Shown: positions 44,333 to 54,234 of the stretch, one piece after another
How positions within the stretch are numbered: position 1 is the first letter of the stretch
Layout of the letters: every line of letters begins with the position of its first letter
Source: a virus
Taxonomy: Duplodnaviria > Heunggongvirae > Uroviricota > Caudoviricetes
DNA: 64,000 nucleotides
IMG/VR virus record: IMGVR_UViG_2713896909_000009
Coordinates: 1-64,000 of that record
Direction: 5' to 3' (one strand)
Notes under the pieces: model-generated
The model's database searches: none
Told to the model about the DNA's origin: nothing
The model's input: only the letters and a program-made list of their open reading frames with translations
Position numbers and translations under genes: made by a program

Positions 44333-45331
44333 TTATCCGTTACCGCGCGACGGTTTCTGCGTGATAAACGTATCAAGCATCTTTTCCGCAATTGCCGACC
44401 AGGTGTGACACTGGACCTTTTCAGCATTTTTCACGCGATCAATGCGAGCAATAACCTCATCCCAATCAATCCGCGACTTGATAACCATATGGTTCACCAA
44501 AGTCAGGCGATCCGGCGGAAGACAATCGGGCGGCGTTAATATCAACGCCCCACACATTGCCGCCTCAAGAACAGTTAATCCAAGGCTTTCGGGATGCGTA
44601 ACGATAAAAACGTCACTCTTACGCAATTCAGCTGCAAATTCGGTTGCTGGTACCGGCGTCCGTCTGTATGGGGTTACCGAAATATTCCCCGGATCAATGG
44701 TAACCAATCCGTCATCGGTCAACGTTCTGGCCTCATACGGAACGGCCAGGCGCTGAAGGTTCATAAGGATACTTAAGGAGTGATCAAACCCACTAACATC
44801 AAATGCAGCGTGGTCTACAAAAATACGCAGAACATCGTCTGTTTTGGTTTCCAGATGGAACAGCTCCTGATTCGCTGCCCATCCAACATGTTTGTTAAAG
44901 CGATTATGACGCTCTAACCGACCGGGATTATCCAGGTACCGCCAGGTATCATCGCGGACAGTAAAAGTAATATCGACTGGTGCCGAATCCAGCATAGAAC
45001 CGTCATATACCTGGGCTACCCATCCAGAGAATCGGCGACACAGTTGCATGCCTATTTCCCTGGGTACCGTAGTAAAATACCTCAATCCTGGTGCCAAAAT
45101 GGCCTTCGCAGAACATGCGGTTGCAGCAGTCAACACAGCTTCAACATAATCCTCTGGGCTTTCGACGCCAGGGGAATATGGACGATGGTATTGCAATGTT
45201 ACCCCTGCCTCACTAAAGGCGCAGGCCAGGTTATAAGCCCACATTTCCGTATATGTTTTCACATCACTGATGGCTTCAAATTTTCGCCCAATGATCAGGA
45301 TGTTCATCGGCTTTTCCTCATTCCATTGCAT
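44333..45331 (-). CDS. GT-B (GT4-like) glycosyltransferase, translationally coupled to ban
   Basis: 332 aa; C-terminal 'ESLGLTVLEAAMCGALILTPPD'; start overlaps the ban stop. Confidence 0.5.
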   Translation of the reverse strand: MQWNEEKPMNILIIGRKFEAISDVKTYTEMWAYNLACAFSEAGVTLQYHRPYSPGVESPEDYVEAVLTAATACSAKAILAPGLRYFTTVPREIGMQLCRRFSGWVAQVYDGSMLDSAPVDITFTVRDDTWRYLDNPGRLERHNRFNKHVGWAANQELFHLETKTDDVLRIFVDHAAFDVSGFDHSLSILMNLQRLAVPYEARTLTDDGLVTIDPGNISVTPYRRTPVPATEFAAELRKSDVFIVTHPESLGLTVLEAAMCGALILTPPDCLPPDRLTLVNHMVIKSRIDWDEVIARIDRVKNAEKVQCHTWSAIAEKMLDTFITQKPSRGNG

Positions 45332-46701
45332 TAATAATCCTCTTGCCAGTCAGCACCGGCATAGTTATCAAACCGTGAGTATTGGCCGTTAAAAGCCAAT
45401 CTCACCGTGCCAATTGGGCCATTTCGTTGCTTACCAATAATCACCTCGGCAATGCCCTTCATTTCGCTATCCGGGTGATAAACCTCGTCGCGATACAGAA
45501 ACATGATCAGGTCTGCGTCCTGTTCAATTGCTCCAGATTCACGCAAATCTGAATTTACCGGTCGTTTGTCCGCACGCTGTTCAAGCGAGCGATTAAGTTG
45601 TGACAATGCCACCACCGGTACTTGTAATTCCTTCGCCAACGCCTTAAGTGAGCGAGAAATCTCGGCAATTTCCAGCGTTCGGTTGTCTTGCAGCTCGGGG
45701 ACGCGCATAAGTTGCAGGTAGTCGATCATGATCATGCTCAATCCGCCATTTTCTTTATAAACACGACGAGCGCGGGAACGAAGCTCTGTAGGTGTCAGGG
45801 CGCTTGAGTCATCAATAAAAATATTCTGCTTGTCCAACAGAATCCCCATTGCGCCAGAAACCCGCGCCCAATCCTCGTCGTTAAGTTGCCCAGTTCTAAT
45901 ACGAGTCTGATCAACACGTGCAAGAGAGGCCAGTGAGCGCATCATCAGCTGGTGGCTTGGCATCTCAAGGCTAAAAACCAATACAGGCTTATCGCTACGG
46001 ACTGCGGCATTTTCGACAAGATTCATCGCAAACGTGGTCTTTCCCATAGATGGGCGGGCGGCGACAATAATGAGATCGGATGGCTGAAGCCCTGCCGTCT
46101 TCTTATTGAGATCGGTAAATCCGGTATCAAGCCCCGTTACACCATCATGCGGTCGCTGAAACAACTCTTCTATGCGAGATACCGTTGCATCGAGAATGCT
46201 GGCGATATCTTTTGGACCACTACCGCTCTTTTGTCGTTTTTCAGCTATTTCAAAAACGCGGCGCTCGGCCATATCCAGCAATTCATTGCTGCTCCGGCCA
46301 TCTTGCGCATATCCAGCTTCGGCTATTTCATTTGCGACGGAAATCATTTCACGAACAACCGCGCGTTCACGAACGATATCCGCATAAGCACAAATATTTG
46401 CCGCGCTGGGCGTGTTCTTTGACATCTCCGCAAGGTAAGCAAAACCACCGGCGCGTTCTAATTTACCGTTCTGTTCAAGTGCTTCAGCAAGTGTTATCAA
46501 ATCAATCGGTTTGCCATGACTTAATAACCTCTCCATCTCACTGAAAATTTCACGATGAGCACTGGTATAAAAATCATCAGCAACTATACGATCTGCAACT
46601 TCATCCCAGCGGCAGTTATCAAGCATTAAGCCACCAAGCACAGCTTGTTCTGCACTAAGGGAATTTGGCATGGATTCAAGAGGGGATGCAGACATTAACA
46701 C
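45331..46701 (-). CDS. ban: DnaB-family replicative helicase
   Basis: 456 aa; Walker A 'ARPSMGKTTFAMN', 'IMIDYLQLM', DnaB N-terminal domain. Confidence 0.9.
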   Translation of the reverse strand: MLMSASPLESMPNSLSAEQAVLGGLMLDNCRWDEVADRIVADDFYTSAHREIFSEMERLLSHGKPIDLITLAEALEQNGKLERAGGFAYLAEMSKNTPSAANICAYADIVRERAVVREMISVANEIAEAGYAQDGRSSNELLDMAERRVFEIAEKRQKSGSGPKDIASILDATVSRIEELFQRPHDGVTGLDTGFTDLNKKTAGLQPSDLIIVAARPSMGKTTFAMNLVENAAVRSDKPVLVFSLEMPSHQLMMRSLASLARVDQTRIRTGQLNDEDWARVSGAMGILLDKQNIFIDDSSALTPTELRSRARRVYKENGGLSMIMIDYLQLMRVPELQDNRTLEIAEISRSLKALAKELQVPVVALSQLNRSLEQRADKRPVNSDLRESGAIEQDADLIMFLYRDEVYHPDSEMKGIAEVIIGKQRNGPIGTVRLAFNGQYSRFDNYAGADWQEDY

Positions 46702-46980
46702 TCCACCCTAGTGTGCTGAATGTCAGATATAGTCGGCATACTCAAATCACTCCTAACGATATGAGTCATCACCAGAAAATCAGGATTAATGCGCCGGACT
46801 CTTCCCGGCTGTCACACCGAATCGCCAGGGTGGTGAGTCCCTGAATCCGCTATCCTACCAACGGTGACTTGCACATTCCGGCTACCTGGTTTGTTGCCTG
46901 AGCTAGGGGAAAAGGCAACCCCTTTAACGTCACCAGACCGCTAACGACGCATGTGCCAGACGCCGTGTTACAACCAAATA

Positions 46981-47056
46981 TGGTGGCCCCTACCGGACTC
47001 GAACCGGTGACCGTGCGATTATGAGTCGCCAGCTCTAACCACTGAGCTAAAGGGCC
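46981..47056 (-). tRNA. tRNA-Ile2-like (anticodon CAT, ileX-type)
   Basis: 76 nt 'GGCCCTTTAGCTCAGTGGTTAGAGCTGGCGACTCATAATCGCACGGTCACCGGTTCGAGTCCGGTAGGGGCCACCA'; near-identical framework to E. coli ileX; CCA encoded. Confidence 0.8.
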
Positions 47057-47059
47057 GGA

Positions 47060-47167
47060 TTACTGTTTACTAAGTGCTTCAATGGCGCTAACAATGCCGC
47101 CTACAACTATGGCAACAATGATAATAAGAACAATTGGATACTTGTCAGCAAAATCCCAGAAGCCCAT
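47060..47167 (-). CDS. 35-aa hydrophobic peptide
   Basis: 'MGFWDFADKYPIVLIIIVAIVVGGIVSAIEALSKQ'; ATG overlaps the upstream stop (TGATG). Confidence 0.3.
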   Translation of the reverse strand: MGFWDFADKYPIVLIIIVAIVVGGIVSAIEALSKQ

Positions 47168-47331
47168 CACTGATCCTTCGAAGCTGTTTTAAATATCGGC
47201 CATACCAATGTTACAGCCACTGCCACCAACGCCCCGTCCGATAAAACTGACAGGATTGTGCTGGTGAAATCCACCAGCACGGACAGCAAGAGAAAACCAA
47301 TGGCGATTGCGATACGTGCCTTGCTTGCCAT
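47167..47331 (-). CDS. 54-aa membrane protein
   Basis: 'MASKARIAIAIGFLLLSVLVDFTSTILSVLSDGALVAVAVTLVWPIFKTASKDQ'; ATG overlaps the TerB-like gene stop (TAATG). Confidence 0.3.
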   Translation of the reverse strand: MASKARIAIAIGFLLLSVLVDFTSTILSVLSDGALVAVAVTLVWPIFKTASKDQ

Positions 47332-47765
47332 TACAGATAATCTTCCACACGAAGACCTAAACGACGGCCTACTTCTTCCAGTACTTTGTGTTCTGCTGGC
47401 TCGATTTCACCGTCCGCTTCTGCAATCGTCAGCATGTTAACGAATACTTCTTCCGCTTCTTTTGGGTCGTTTTTGATATCTTCAATTTCGCGAAGGATAT
47501 TCATGCGACCAACACGGAAGCCAGCTTCCAGTTGCTCGGTAAAGCGGGTAATTGTTGCGGTAATTTCGTTACCAAAATGACTAAGACGCGGATTAGAGCG
47601 GATAAGCTGATCAAGTTTCGCTGTTTCTTCTTTTTCGATTTCACCATCAGCGGCAGACACCAACAAACAGCCACCGATAATGGCCTCCATCAGATCGCGA
47701 TTCTCAACTTTTTTCAGCTCTACTTTTGCAGAAGCGACTTTCTTGCCGAACAATTTACCGAACAT
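47331..47765 (-). CDS. tciA: TerB-family protein (P1 TciA-like)
   Basis: 144 aa; two 'ADGEIE' repeats ('AADGEIEKEE', 'EADGEIEPAE'). Confidence 0.65.
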   Translation of the reverse strand: MFGKLFGKKVASAKVELKKVENRDLMEAIIGGCLLVSAADGEIEKEETAKLDQLIRSNPRLSHFGNEITATITRFTEQLEAGFRVGRMNILREIEDIKNDPKEAEEVFVNMLTIAEADGEIEPAEHKVLEEVGRRLGLRVEDYL

Positions 47766-48054
47766 TGGTTATCCCTCAATAAAAGTGACATATTTATTAG
47801 ATTGCGGTGCCGGGTGCCTCCCGGTGACGTTAACCAGTTAACAATTAACGCCGGAATGTTTAATCATCAAGGAGGATTGTTTTAACTGTTCCGCGTGCGC
47901 TTAGCCGCATTCACCACAACGGAAAGAGCATTTATGGCTCGCATCGCGGGAAAAAGCCCACGGTAGAGAGTCGAACTCTACAAATACTCTTACCTGTTGT
48001 GTGCTCCGTTTCGTGGAGCTAACGGCGGAGTAATCATCCGCCTCAAATTTATAA

Positions 48055-48468
48055 TTAACTGCTTGCTGATGGGTCATATTCGGTTAATTTAATCAACCGC
48101 GAATCAAGAGCTTTTCGATACTCAATCATGCTTTCGAGCTGATTTTGTAATTCCAACTGATTGTCCAAGCCCATGGCGAGGAAGTTATCTGTTCCGATAA
48201 ATCGAACTAGCTTATTTATGCGCTGGCACAGCTGAGCACGTTCGATAATCATTCGCTTGTGGTATTCTTCCAGACCATCAATTTTGCCCAACGGAGCTGC
48301 TATTTCATTAAATTCACGAAGTGGTATTTTTAGTTCGTTACCGAACACATCTACAACATCAATTTCAGATGCATTTTCTTTCGAAACTTTATCGACCTGA
48401 TAACTGGTGCTAACCACTAAAGAAATAACAAACTGCTCTTTCTGCATAATTACCGTTCTCGCACTCAT
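48055..48468 (-). CDS. hypothetical protein inside the tRNA/repeat region
   Basis: 137-aa AT-rich ORF; no motif recognised. Confidence 0.4.
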   Translation of the reverse strand: MSARTVIMQKEQFVISLVVSTSYQVDKVSKENASEIDVVDVFGNELKIPLREFNEIAAPLGKIDGLEEYHKRMIIERAQLCQRINKLVRFIGTDNFLAMGLDNQLELQNQLESMIEYRKALDSRLIKLTEYDPSASS

Positions 48469-49155
48469 TGGTGACAGTTTCTAAATAAATTGTGGTGGTC
48501 GGCGCTGATCTCCGACTGCGCCTCTTTTTGTTCATAACCCATAAGGCCGGTCAGTGCGCTTGATGACTGAGGCATCGATATTTACTACGCCGCCTCGTTG
48601 CCATAGGGCGGACTTGCGCGCCAGCAACACGCATTCACCACAATGTTGAGAACACTGGTTGTCACGCGGCAACGCAACATTTATTCATAGGTTGGGAAAT
48701 GAACCCGTTACGCCAATGTTCTCAACGTTGTAGTGCCGGTTACGGTTCCGGCCAGGCCTCTTCCTCAACGGGGTGTTCTCCGTACGGACTACCGTTTATT
48801 GGTCGTTCCTGCGGTTTATGTTGTGAAGCCAGATGCTTATCTTCTGGTTGCTTCAAAGAGCTGCACTTCATCACAACGGTAAGAGCACTCGATGCATTTA
48901 AGCCAAGCCCCATAAGGGAGAATGCCCTTACCTGTTGTGTTGTGATGACCGGTGCTGATCTCCGGCTTGCGGTTATTTCAGACTCTCACGGGCGTTTAAT
49001 TGCCCCGCCGGACAGCTCTTTTCCGCAATAGCTGCAATGTCTTTCGCGCATCAGCCTGCGCATTCATCACAACGGTAAGGGTACTTCGTAGGGATTCGAA
49101 CCCTCTGCCAAGCTCGGCGATCTCCGACGTCGCAAAATACCCTTACCTGTTGTGC

Positions 49156-49288
49156 TGGTGCCGGTTAACGGATTCGAACCGCTGACCTCTGGCCTAACAT
49201 CGAATCGTTGTCATTTGACCAGCAAGGCTGTCTACCGAAGTAGAAACGATGCTTTGGCTCTCGTGCTCTCCCACTGAGCTAAACCGGC
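49156..49288 (-). ncRNA. atypical 133-nt tRNA-like element
   Basis: 5' 'GCCGGTT TA GCTC AGTGGGA GAGC' and 3' 'AGCGG TTCGAAT CCGTT AACCGGC A CCA' with perfect 7-bp acceptor pairing, separated by about 83 nt with a UUCG hairpin and no canonical anticodon arm. Confidence 0.35.
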
Positions 49289-49290
49289 AT

Positions 49291-49366
49291 TGGCGATGGT
49301 GGGTGGATTCGAACCACCGACCAGTTAGTTAACAGCCAACTGCTCTAACCGCTGAGCTACACCATC
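49291..49366 (-). tRNA. tRNA-Asn (anticodon GTT)
   Basis: 76 nt 'GATGGTGTAGCTCAGCGGTTAGAGCAGTTGGCTGTTAACTAACTGGTCGGTGGTTCGAATCCACCCACCATCGCCA'; canonical cloverleaf. Confidence 0.8.
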
Positions 49367-50036
49367 ACTTGCCGGGTACGTCTCCGGCGAGGGCTTCCAC
49401 CTCCGTATGCTTTTCGGCGCACCGCGCCCTGGCTGCAATTCGGTAACAGGGGATGCATAACCCTGGCTTCCAGCGTGATTAGCGCTTTCAGCATGACGGG
49501 ATATACCCGTAAATTCGTGGAACTGTACCCAAAGTGCTGTTAAGCACCGCTGTTACGCTGAAAAGAAGACGCAACAGGAAAGGACGCTGACCAACAGATG
49601 GCCCCTTCTCGTTCATCTGGTTAATCACACCAGCGCCCTTACCTGTTGTGCCTCCCCGTTCCCTAATACACAGACGGGGACACTCTGCGGTCGATTTTTT
49701 GACGGGGGACGACTCATACCCCGTGGCGTCTGGCTTCTTAGGCCGCAGCCATCATCAGATCATCGTTTGCATTTACTTTAATGGTCAGTTTCTAAACCGC
49801 CGCAAAGTCGCTAACCATGACGAAAACCCTGAAAAAACGCCCACCCGAAGATGGGCAAACAGGATGTAAGCTCGTTACGCATTTCGGTATTGCCACTTAG
49901 GCGTATGGTCAACCTGGCAACTCGGCGTCATGAGGGGGAAGGAGTCACTACCCCGCCATACTTGCCGCCGCGCCTGTCGCGGCTAACAGCTAAATCGCTC
50001 TATAAATCACGATTCATTGAAACCATATTACACTAA

Positions 50037-50053
50037 TGAATTTATTAGAGCAA
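50037..50053. promoter_or_regulatory. C1 operator-like site overlapping the dmt stop codon
   Basis: 'gaatttattagagcaat' (reverse complement ATTGCTCTAATAAATTC). Confidence 0.5.
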
Positions 50054-53000
50054 TATAGCAATAACGTCATGAGCTACACCACGAGTGTTCCCCTTACAAG
50101 ACACAGAACGTCTGGCAAAAAGAGGTTCCACTCTGAAGCCACTGTCTTGGTAAAGCTCCCTGATGTTTGGCGCACCACTATTAGTAATGAGGATCTTTGC
50201 ACCTCGGCGATGAGCATCCATTAGCAGAGATACCAGGCGTTTTTGCTCTTCAAACTTAAAGTCATGACCGGAATAGTTTGTGAACCCCTCTGTATTGGGG
50301 AGCGGTTCATACGGAGGATCGCAAAAGATGACATCTCCTTCTCCGGCAGCTTCAATCACCGCTGAAAAATCACCACATACAAACTCAGAACGCCCTTCAG
50401 CACCGAGGAAGGCTTCCATCTCCTGTAATGGGAAATACGGAGTTTTATACTTCCCATAACCAACATTAAACTCACCGGCCTGGTTGTAACGCGTCAATCC
50501 GTTAAAACAATGTCGGTTCAGGAACAAAAACGCTGCTGCACGATGTAAATCATCATAGGCTTGTTTGTTAAACGCATTCCGTACTGCCAGGTATCCTTCC
50601 TGTGTGTTGTAGTCCTGGAAAAACCGATGCGCCAGAGTGATAAGTGAATGTCCCTCACGTTGCAGAGTCCTGTAAAAGTTAATCAGGTCAGCATTCACAT
50701 CATTTAGCAGATTTTCTTGATATCCGGCATTTATGAAAACAGCTCCGCCACCAACGAAAGGCTCGATCAGGCGCTTTCCGTCAGGTAAATGCCTAAAGAT
50801 TTGTTCAAGAACACCAAATTTTCCGCCGACCCATTTAAATATGGGACGGTCAAATTCTGCCGTTAGCTTAACTCTCCGTTCTGTTGCTTCATGATTTTTT
50901 GCCTGCTGATATGCAGCCTTAATAATCCGCTCACCAATCCATCGCATTACTGGTATCGCCATGCTATTGCCGATCGCTTTGTAACGCGGTCCGTCAGCTG
51001 CAAGCATCGCGGCCTCTTCTTCGCTTAAATCTGGATAGTGATTGCGAAGGTATGCCAGTTCATCTGAAGTAACTTTTTTACGCTTTTCCGTCGGGATCAA
51101 CGTATGCCCATCAGGAAAACCTTGCAGTCTTTCACATTCGACAGGGGTAAGACGGCGGACAGCTACTGCTGCGTTTCCTACGTCATAGCAAACGGCTGTT
51201 GTATTTTTGGCCATTAAAGATGGTGAAGTATTCTTAGTTGCAGCATGTTGTGTACCGCTCATACGTTCAGGAAAAGCCAATGTAACAAGATGCTCATGGC
51301 TTTCTTGCTCACGTGCCCGCAATGTACCATGCCCTTCTGACCAAAAACCTGCTCCTGTGCTGCTAAAAACTGCAAGGTCAGTGGCATCTTTAAAGTCTCT
51401 CGCCTTTACTGTCGATGCGGTTTCATCGCCAATATATTCCCCAAATGCCGCCATCCTGAAAGCGTTTACGGCTTTCGTCGATTTCATACCGGGGGTAATG
51501 TCAGCGTGTAGGCATGGATTTAGGCTTTCGCCACTGATTGCAGCGCCATTTGCAATAATGGCGGAAGCGATTTCCTTCTTTTTTCGGCTCGGCGCAATAT
51601 TCCGGCGCACGCCTTCGAACTCAAAAAGTACCGTTGCGGGATCGAGGTCTGTTCGAGCACTTGCGACAACAAACACACGTCGGCGTCGTTGTGCCACTCC
51701 GAAGTATTGGGCATCAAGGATTCTCCAGGCCACCTTTCGCTGCGGTCCATAAATACAACCACACTGCGGCCACTTTGGAGCATGGCAACCGGTTTTGCCA
51801 TCCCACCGCCAGAACGCGTTACTTTTTCCTGATTCAGGTCGATCACCTGGTTCAAATGGCGCATCTTCTCCAGCCAATCCGGCAAGGAAACATCCGAAGG
51901 CGTTATCTGCCGATGACAAGACTCCTGGGACATTTTCCCAGACGATAACGGCTGGTTTGAGAAATGACTCAGCCCGTTTGTCGTCAATTGCATTTGCAAG
52001 CTCCACATACTTTAAAGTTAGCGCGCCACGCTCATCATCAAGCCCACCACGTAATCCCGCGATACTGAATGCCTGACAGTTATGGACCACCGCACCATTG
52101 AGGATATAGGAATGATCACCTTCGACTTCTATGTTGTATACAGTATCTAGGCCTACCGATTTAAACTCTTTGACTGTTCGTAAAAGCATTCCATGAGCCA
52201 ATCTTGATTTACGTGACAATTTCTGCGGGCAGATTGTTACCTGATAATAATTCCGTTGATTTACCACGCGATCCTCGATCACTTTTTTGGGCTCAACTTC
52301 AATAAAGCTGACCGAAGAAACATAACCACAAGTCTGTGACACCCCCGCAACGCCCCAAGCAAGCGCAGGACTAACACTATTAATTCTAAATCCCGCTTTA
52401 CCACTTGGTGTCCCATCAGTATCAAGATAGCCTTGTAAAAACACATGACGCAATGGATGCGACATCACCCATGCAGGGATACGCTTAGCATGGCTTAACT
52501 CGCCAAAATGTTCATTAAGCCAATTGGCATAACACGTATCATTCAAGGTTACTTTGATGCTCCCTCGGATTTCTCTTGCCACGGAAAATATGTTTTCTGG
52601 TATGCGACAATGAAACTTTCTCAATTTCTGGCAATTTATGCAAAAAACAACCGCCTTCTTAGATTTACCTCTCCATCTCCTAATATATCCATCGCCAACA
52701 TAAGCGCCCGCAAGATACATAGCCTGTTCTTCAGACAAGAACCGAGAACAAATATCTGGAGATGCAATATTGAAATTAGTTAGAGCGCACCATTGATATC
52801 CTGGCATATCACATGCTGCTCGCCATTCCGGTTCAGACAACAACTCTCTCTTAAAATATGTGCCATTTTTCCGGGTGTTTTGGGCTTTCCACCGAACAGC
52901 CAGGAAGGGATGGTCATTGGTTGTTCTTATACCTAAAGGCTGCCCAACGGCATTAAGTAACCCCGTATTAGCTATTTTTGAACCAACTCTTTTTACTTGT

Positions 53001-53332
53001 TGTAACCGCCCGAGATGACTGACTACGTAATCGCCAGGGCAAACATCTTCTATTGGTTTATAACCATTTTTACAAAGAACCATATGCCCCGCGGTAAAAC
53101 ATGGTGTTCCCCCGACGAGCACGTCAGGGGATTCTATTTCCCCAGCCAGGACTTTTTTGGCAAGTTTAGTCATGTCGCCAAGGTTGGCGACATGGGGCCA
53201 GCGGTGCGCAAGAACGGCCGATGGAAAAGACTCGATTTCAGCAAACCACGCCGGACGCATACCCAACGGTTCCCAGGCAATACTCGCGGCTTCAATTCCA
53301 CTGCAAACAGATCCATAGCACAGCTCTTTCAC
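50045..53332 (-). CDS. dmt: Dmt bifunctional DNA methyltransferase (N-terminal C5-cytosine, C-terminal Dam-like) interrupted by an intein
   Basis: 1095 aa; C5 motifs '[12 protein letters not shown]', 'WENVPG', 'QRRRRVF', '[13 protein letters not shown]'; Dam motifs 'FKWVGGK', 'DPPY'; 754 aa after removing the 341-aa intein. Confidence 0.9.
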   Translation of the reverse strand: MKELCYGSVCSGIEAASIAWEPLGMRPAWFAEIESFPSAVLAHRWPHVANLGDMTKLAKKVLAGEIESPDVLVGGTPCFTAGHMVLCKNGYKPIEDVCPGDYVVSHLGRLQQVKRVGSKIANTGLLNAVGQPLGIRTTNDHPFLAVRWKAQNTRKNGTYFKRELLSEPEWRAACDMPGYQWCALTNFNIASPDICSRFLSEEQAMYLAGAYVGDGYIRRWRGKSKKAVVFCINCQKLRKFHCRIPENIFSVAREIRGSIKVTLNDTCYANWLNEHFGELSHAKRIPAWVMSHPLRHVFLQGYLDTDGTPSGKAGFRINSVSPALAWGVAGVSQTCGYVSSVSFIEVEPKKVIEDRVVNQRNYYQVTICPQKLSRKSRLAHGMLLRTVKEFKSVGLDTVYNIEVEGDHSYILNGAVVHNCQAFSIAGLRGGLDDERGALTLKYVELANAIDDKRAESFLKPAVIVWENVPGVLSSADNAFGCFLAGLAGEDAPFEPGDRPESGKSNAFWRWDGKTGCHAPKWPQCGCIYGPQRKVAWRILDAQYFGVAQRRRRVFVVASARTDLDPATVLFEFEGVRRNIAPSRKKKEIASAIIANGAAISGESLNPCLHADITPGMKSTKAVNAFRMAAFGEYIGDETASTVKARDFKDATDLAVFSSTGAGFWSEGHGTLRAREQESHEHLVTLAFPERMSGTQHAATKNTSPSLMAKNTTAVCYDVGNAAVAVRRLTPVECERLQGFPDGHTLIPTEKRKKVTSDELAYLRNHYPDLSEEEAAMLAADGPRYKAIGNSMAIPVMRWIGERIIKAAYQQAKNHEATERRVKLTAEFDRPIFKWVGGKFGVLEQIFRHLPDGKRLIEPFVGGGAVFINAGYQENLLNDVNADLINFYRTLQREGHSLITLAHRFFQDYNTQEGYLAVRNAFNKQAYDDLHRAAAFLFLNRHCFNGLTRYNQAGEFNVGYGKYKTPYFPLQEMEAFLGAEGRSEFVCGDFSAVIEAAGEGDVIFCDPPYEPLPNTEGFTNYSGHDFKFEEQKRLVSLLMDAHRRGAKILITNSGAPNIRELYQDSGFRVEPLFARRSVSCKGNTRGVAHDVIAILL
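52079..53101 (-). other. intein with LAGLIDADG homing-endonuclease domain inside dmt
   Basis: ORF residues 78-418: Cys1 'CFTAGHMVL', block B 'TTNDHPF', 'LAGAYVGDG' and 'LQGYLDTDG', C-terminal '[17 protein letters not shown]' followed by Cys+1; coordinates by arithmetic from the ORF start. Confidence 0.85.
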
Positions 53333-54234
53333 TGCTTAGCCTCTCCACCAAGGGCATTTACCAGAGCATCAACCAGGCACGAAATTTCACTGGTCAACAG
53401 GAAGAAATCTGCGTCCAGTCGCTGCGCAACATCTTCACTATCAATATCAGAGTTCTGCTCAAGCAATTCATCCGCAAATTTGACGCTGGTAAGGCTGAAG
53501 TTATGGTCCAGTGTAAATTTAATGCGGTTCTGCCAGTCGAGTGCCAACTTAGTGACGAGCTTGCCAGCTTCCAGGTGTGTGGAAATTTCATCGCTTCCCA
53601 AATCCTGCTTTTTCACTCGGGCAATACCGCCATCCTCAAGCACTGCCTTAAGTTCTGCCGCATCCCCCATTTGAAATCCCTGTGGAGCACTACCATCACG
53701 TACCCAGTCGGTCAGCGTTAATTCAATGGGATTTTCAACACTTAGGGGAACAACAGGAAGAGAACCCAGAGACTTACGCATAAGTGCGAGCATATCCTCT
53801 GCCTGCCGCGCGCAGGCATTGATATAGATACGTTTAGTTGAACGATCGTAGATCGCCTGGATAACAGAAAACTTTGAAAAAGCCCGTGGCAGAAGAGAAT
53901 GCAGAACTTCGTCTTTCAGGGAATCCTTTTCTGTTTTCTTCAGTTTACGCGCTTGTTCTTGCTCAAGTTTTTCAATTTTTTCTTGAATAGCTCGCTGGAT
54001 AACCGGCAGGGGAAGAATTTTTGTTTCGCGCTTTGCTTCAACAAGGATAAAACCATTTCCATGCATAGCGATAACTTCGGAATTATCACCAAATGGCGAT
54101 ACAAAACCGAACTTGGCCATATCCTGACTACCGCATGGCGTGAAAAGGATCATTTTCTTTTTATCTTCTAAGTCGGTCAGATCCGCCTCACGAGAAAGTT
54201 TATAAATAGTAATGTTTTTCCAGTGCTTAAACAT
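53329..54234 (-). CDS. rdgC: RdgC-family recombination-associated protein (P1 hrdC-like)
   Basis: '[16 protein letters not shown]...[14 protein letters not shown]...[22 protein letters not shown]', close to E. coli RdgC; internal ATG of ORF 53329..54348. Confidence 0.8.
   Translation of the reverse strand: MFKHWKNITIYKLSREADLTDLEDKKKMILFTPCGSQDMAKFGFVSPFGDNSEVIAMHGNGFILVEAKRETKILPLPVIQRAIQEKIEKLEQEQARKLKKTEKDSLKDEVLHSLLPRAFSKFSVIQAIYDRSTKRIYINACARQAEDMLALMRKSLGSLPVVPLSVENPIELTLTDWVRDGSAPQGFQMGDAAELKAVLEDGGIARVKKQDLGSDEISTHLEAGKLVTKLALDWQNRIKFTLDHNFSLTSVKFADELLEQNSDIDSEDVAQRLDADFFLLTSEISCLVDALVNALGGEAKQ

Larger units (their letters stand above)
47905..49655. repeat. family of inverted-repeat stem-loop elements interspersed with tRNA genes
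   Basis: left arm 'CATTCA(C/T)CACAACGG(T)AAG' at about 47908, 48632, 48869, 49062; right arm 'CCCTTACCTGTTGTG' at about 47989, 48921, 49141, 49640; plus 'G(C)TGATCTCCGAC' at about 48503, 48955, 49116. Confidence 0.5.

Noticed and set aside
46702-46980. Structured about 280-nt ban leader as a possible ncRNA
   Set aside because: Only generic GC hairpins, no recognisable operator or conserved element; insufficient evidence beyond an ordinary 5' UTR.
47388-47885. 165-aa plus-strand ORF overlapping tciA
   Set aside because: Antisense to the TerB-like gene, which has clear conserved motifs; no start context.
49075-49150. Possible fourth tRNA suggested by a 'GGGATTCGAACCC' T-loop-like motif
   Set aside because: No acceptor stem can be paired at tRNA distance (best candidate only 59 nt with two wobbles) and no D or anticodon arm; treated as a tRNA-like fragment within the repeat family.
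51795-52100. Apparent frame inconsistency when translating the printed bases near 52020 by hand
   Set aside because: The ORF track gives a continuous dmt frame and a matching overlapping plus-strand ORF; I attribute the 2-nt offset to my own base-level reading error, so intein coordinates were derived arithmetically from the ORF start.
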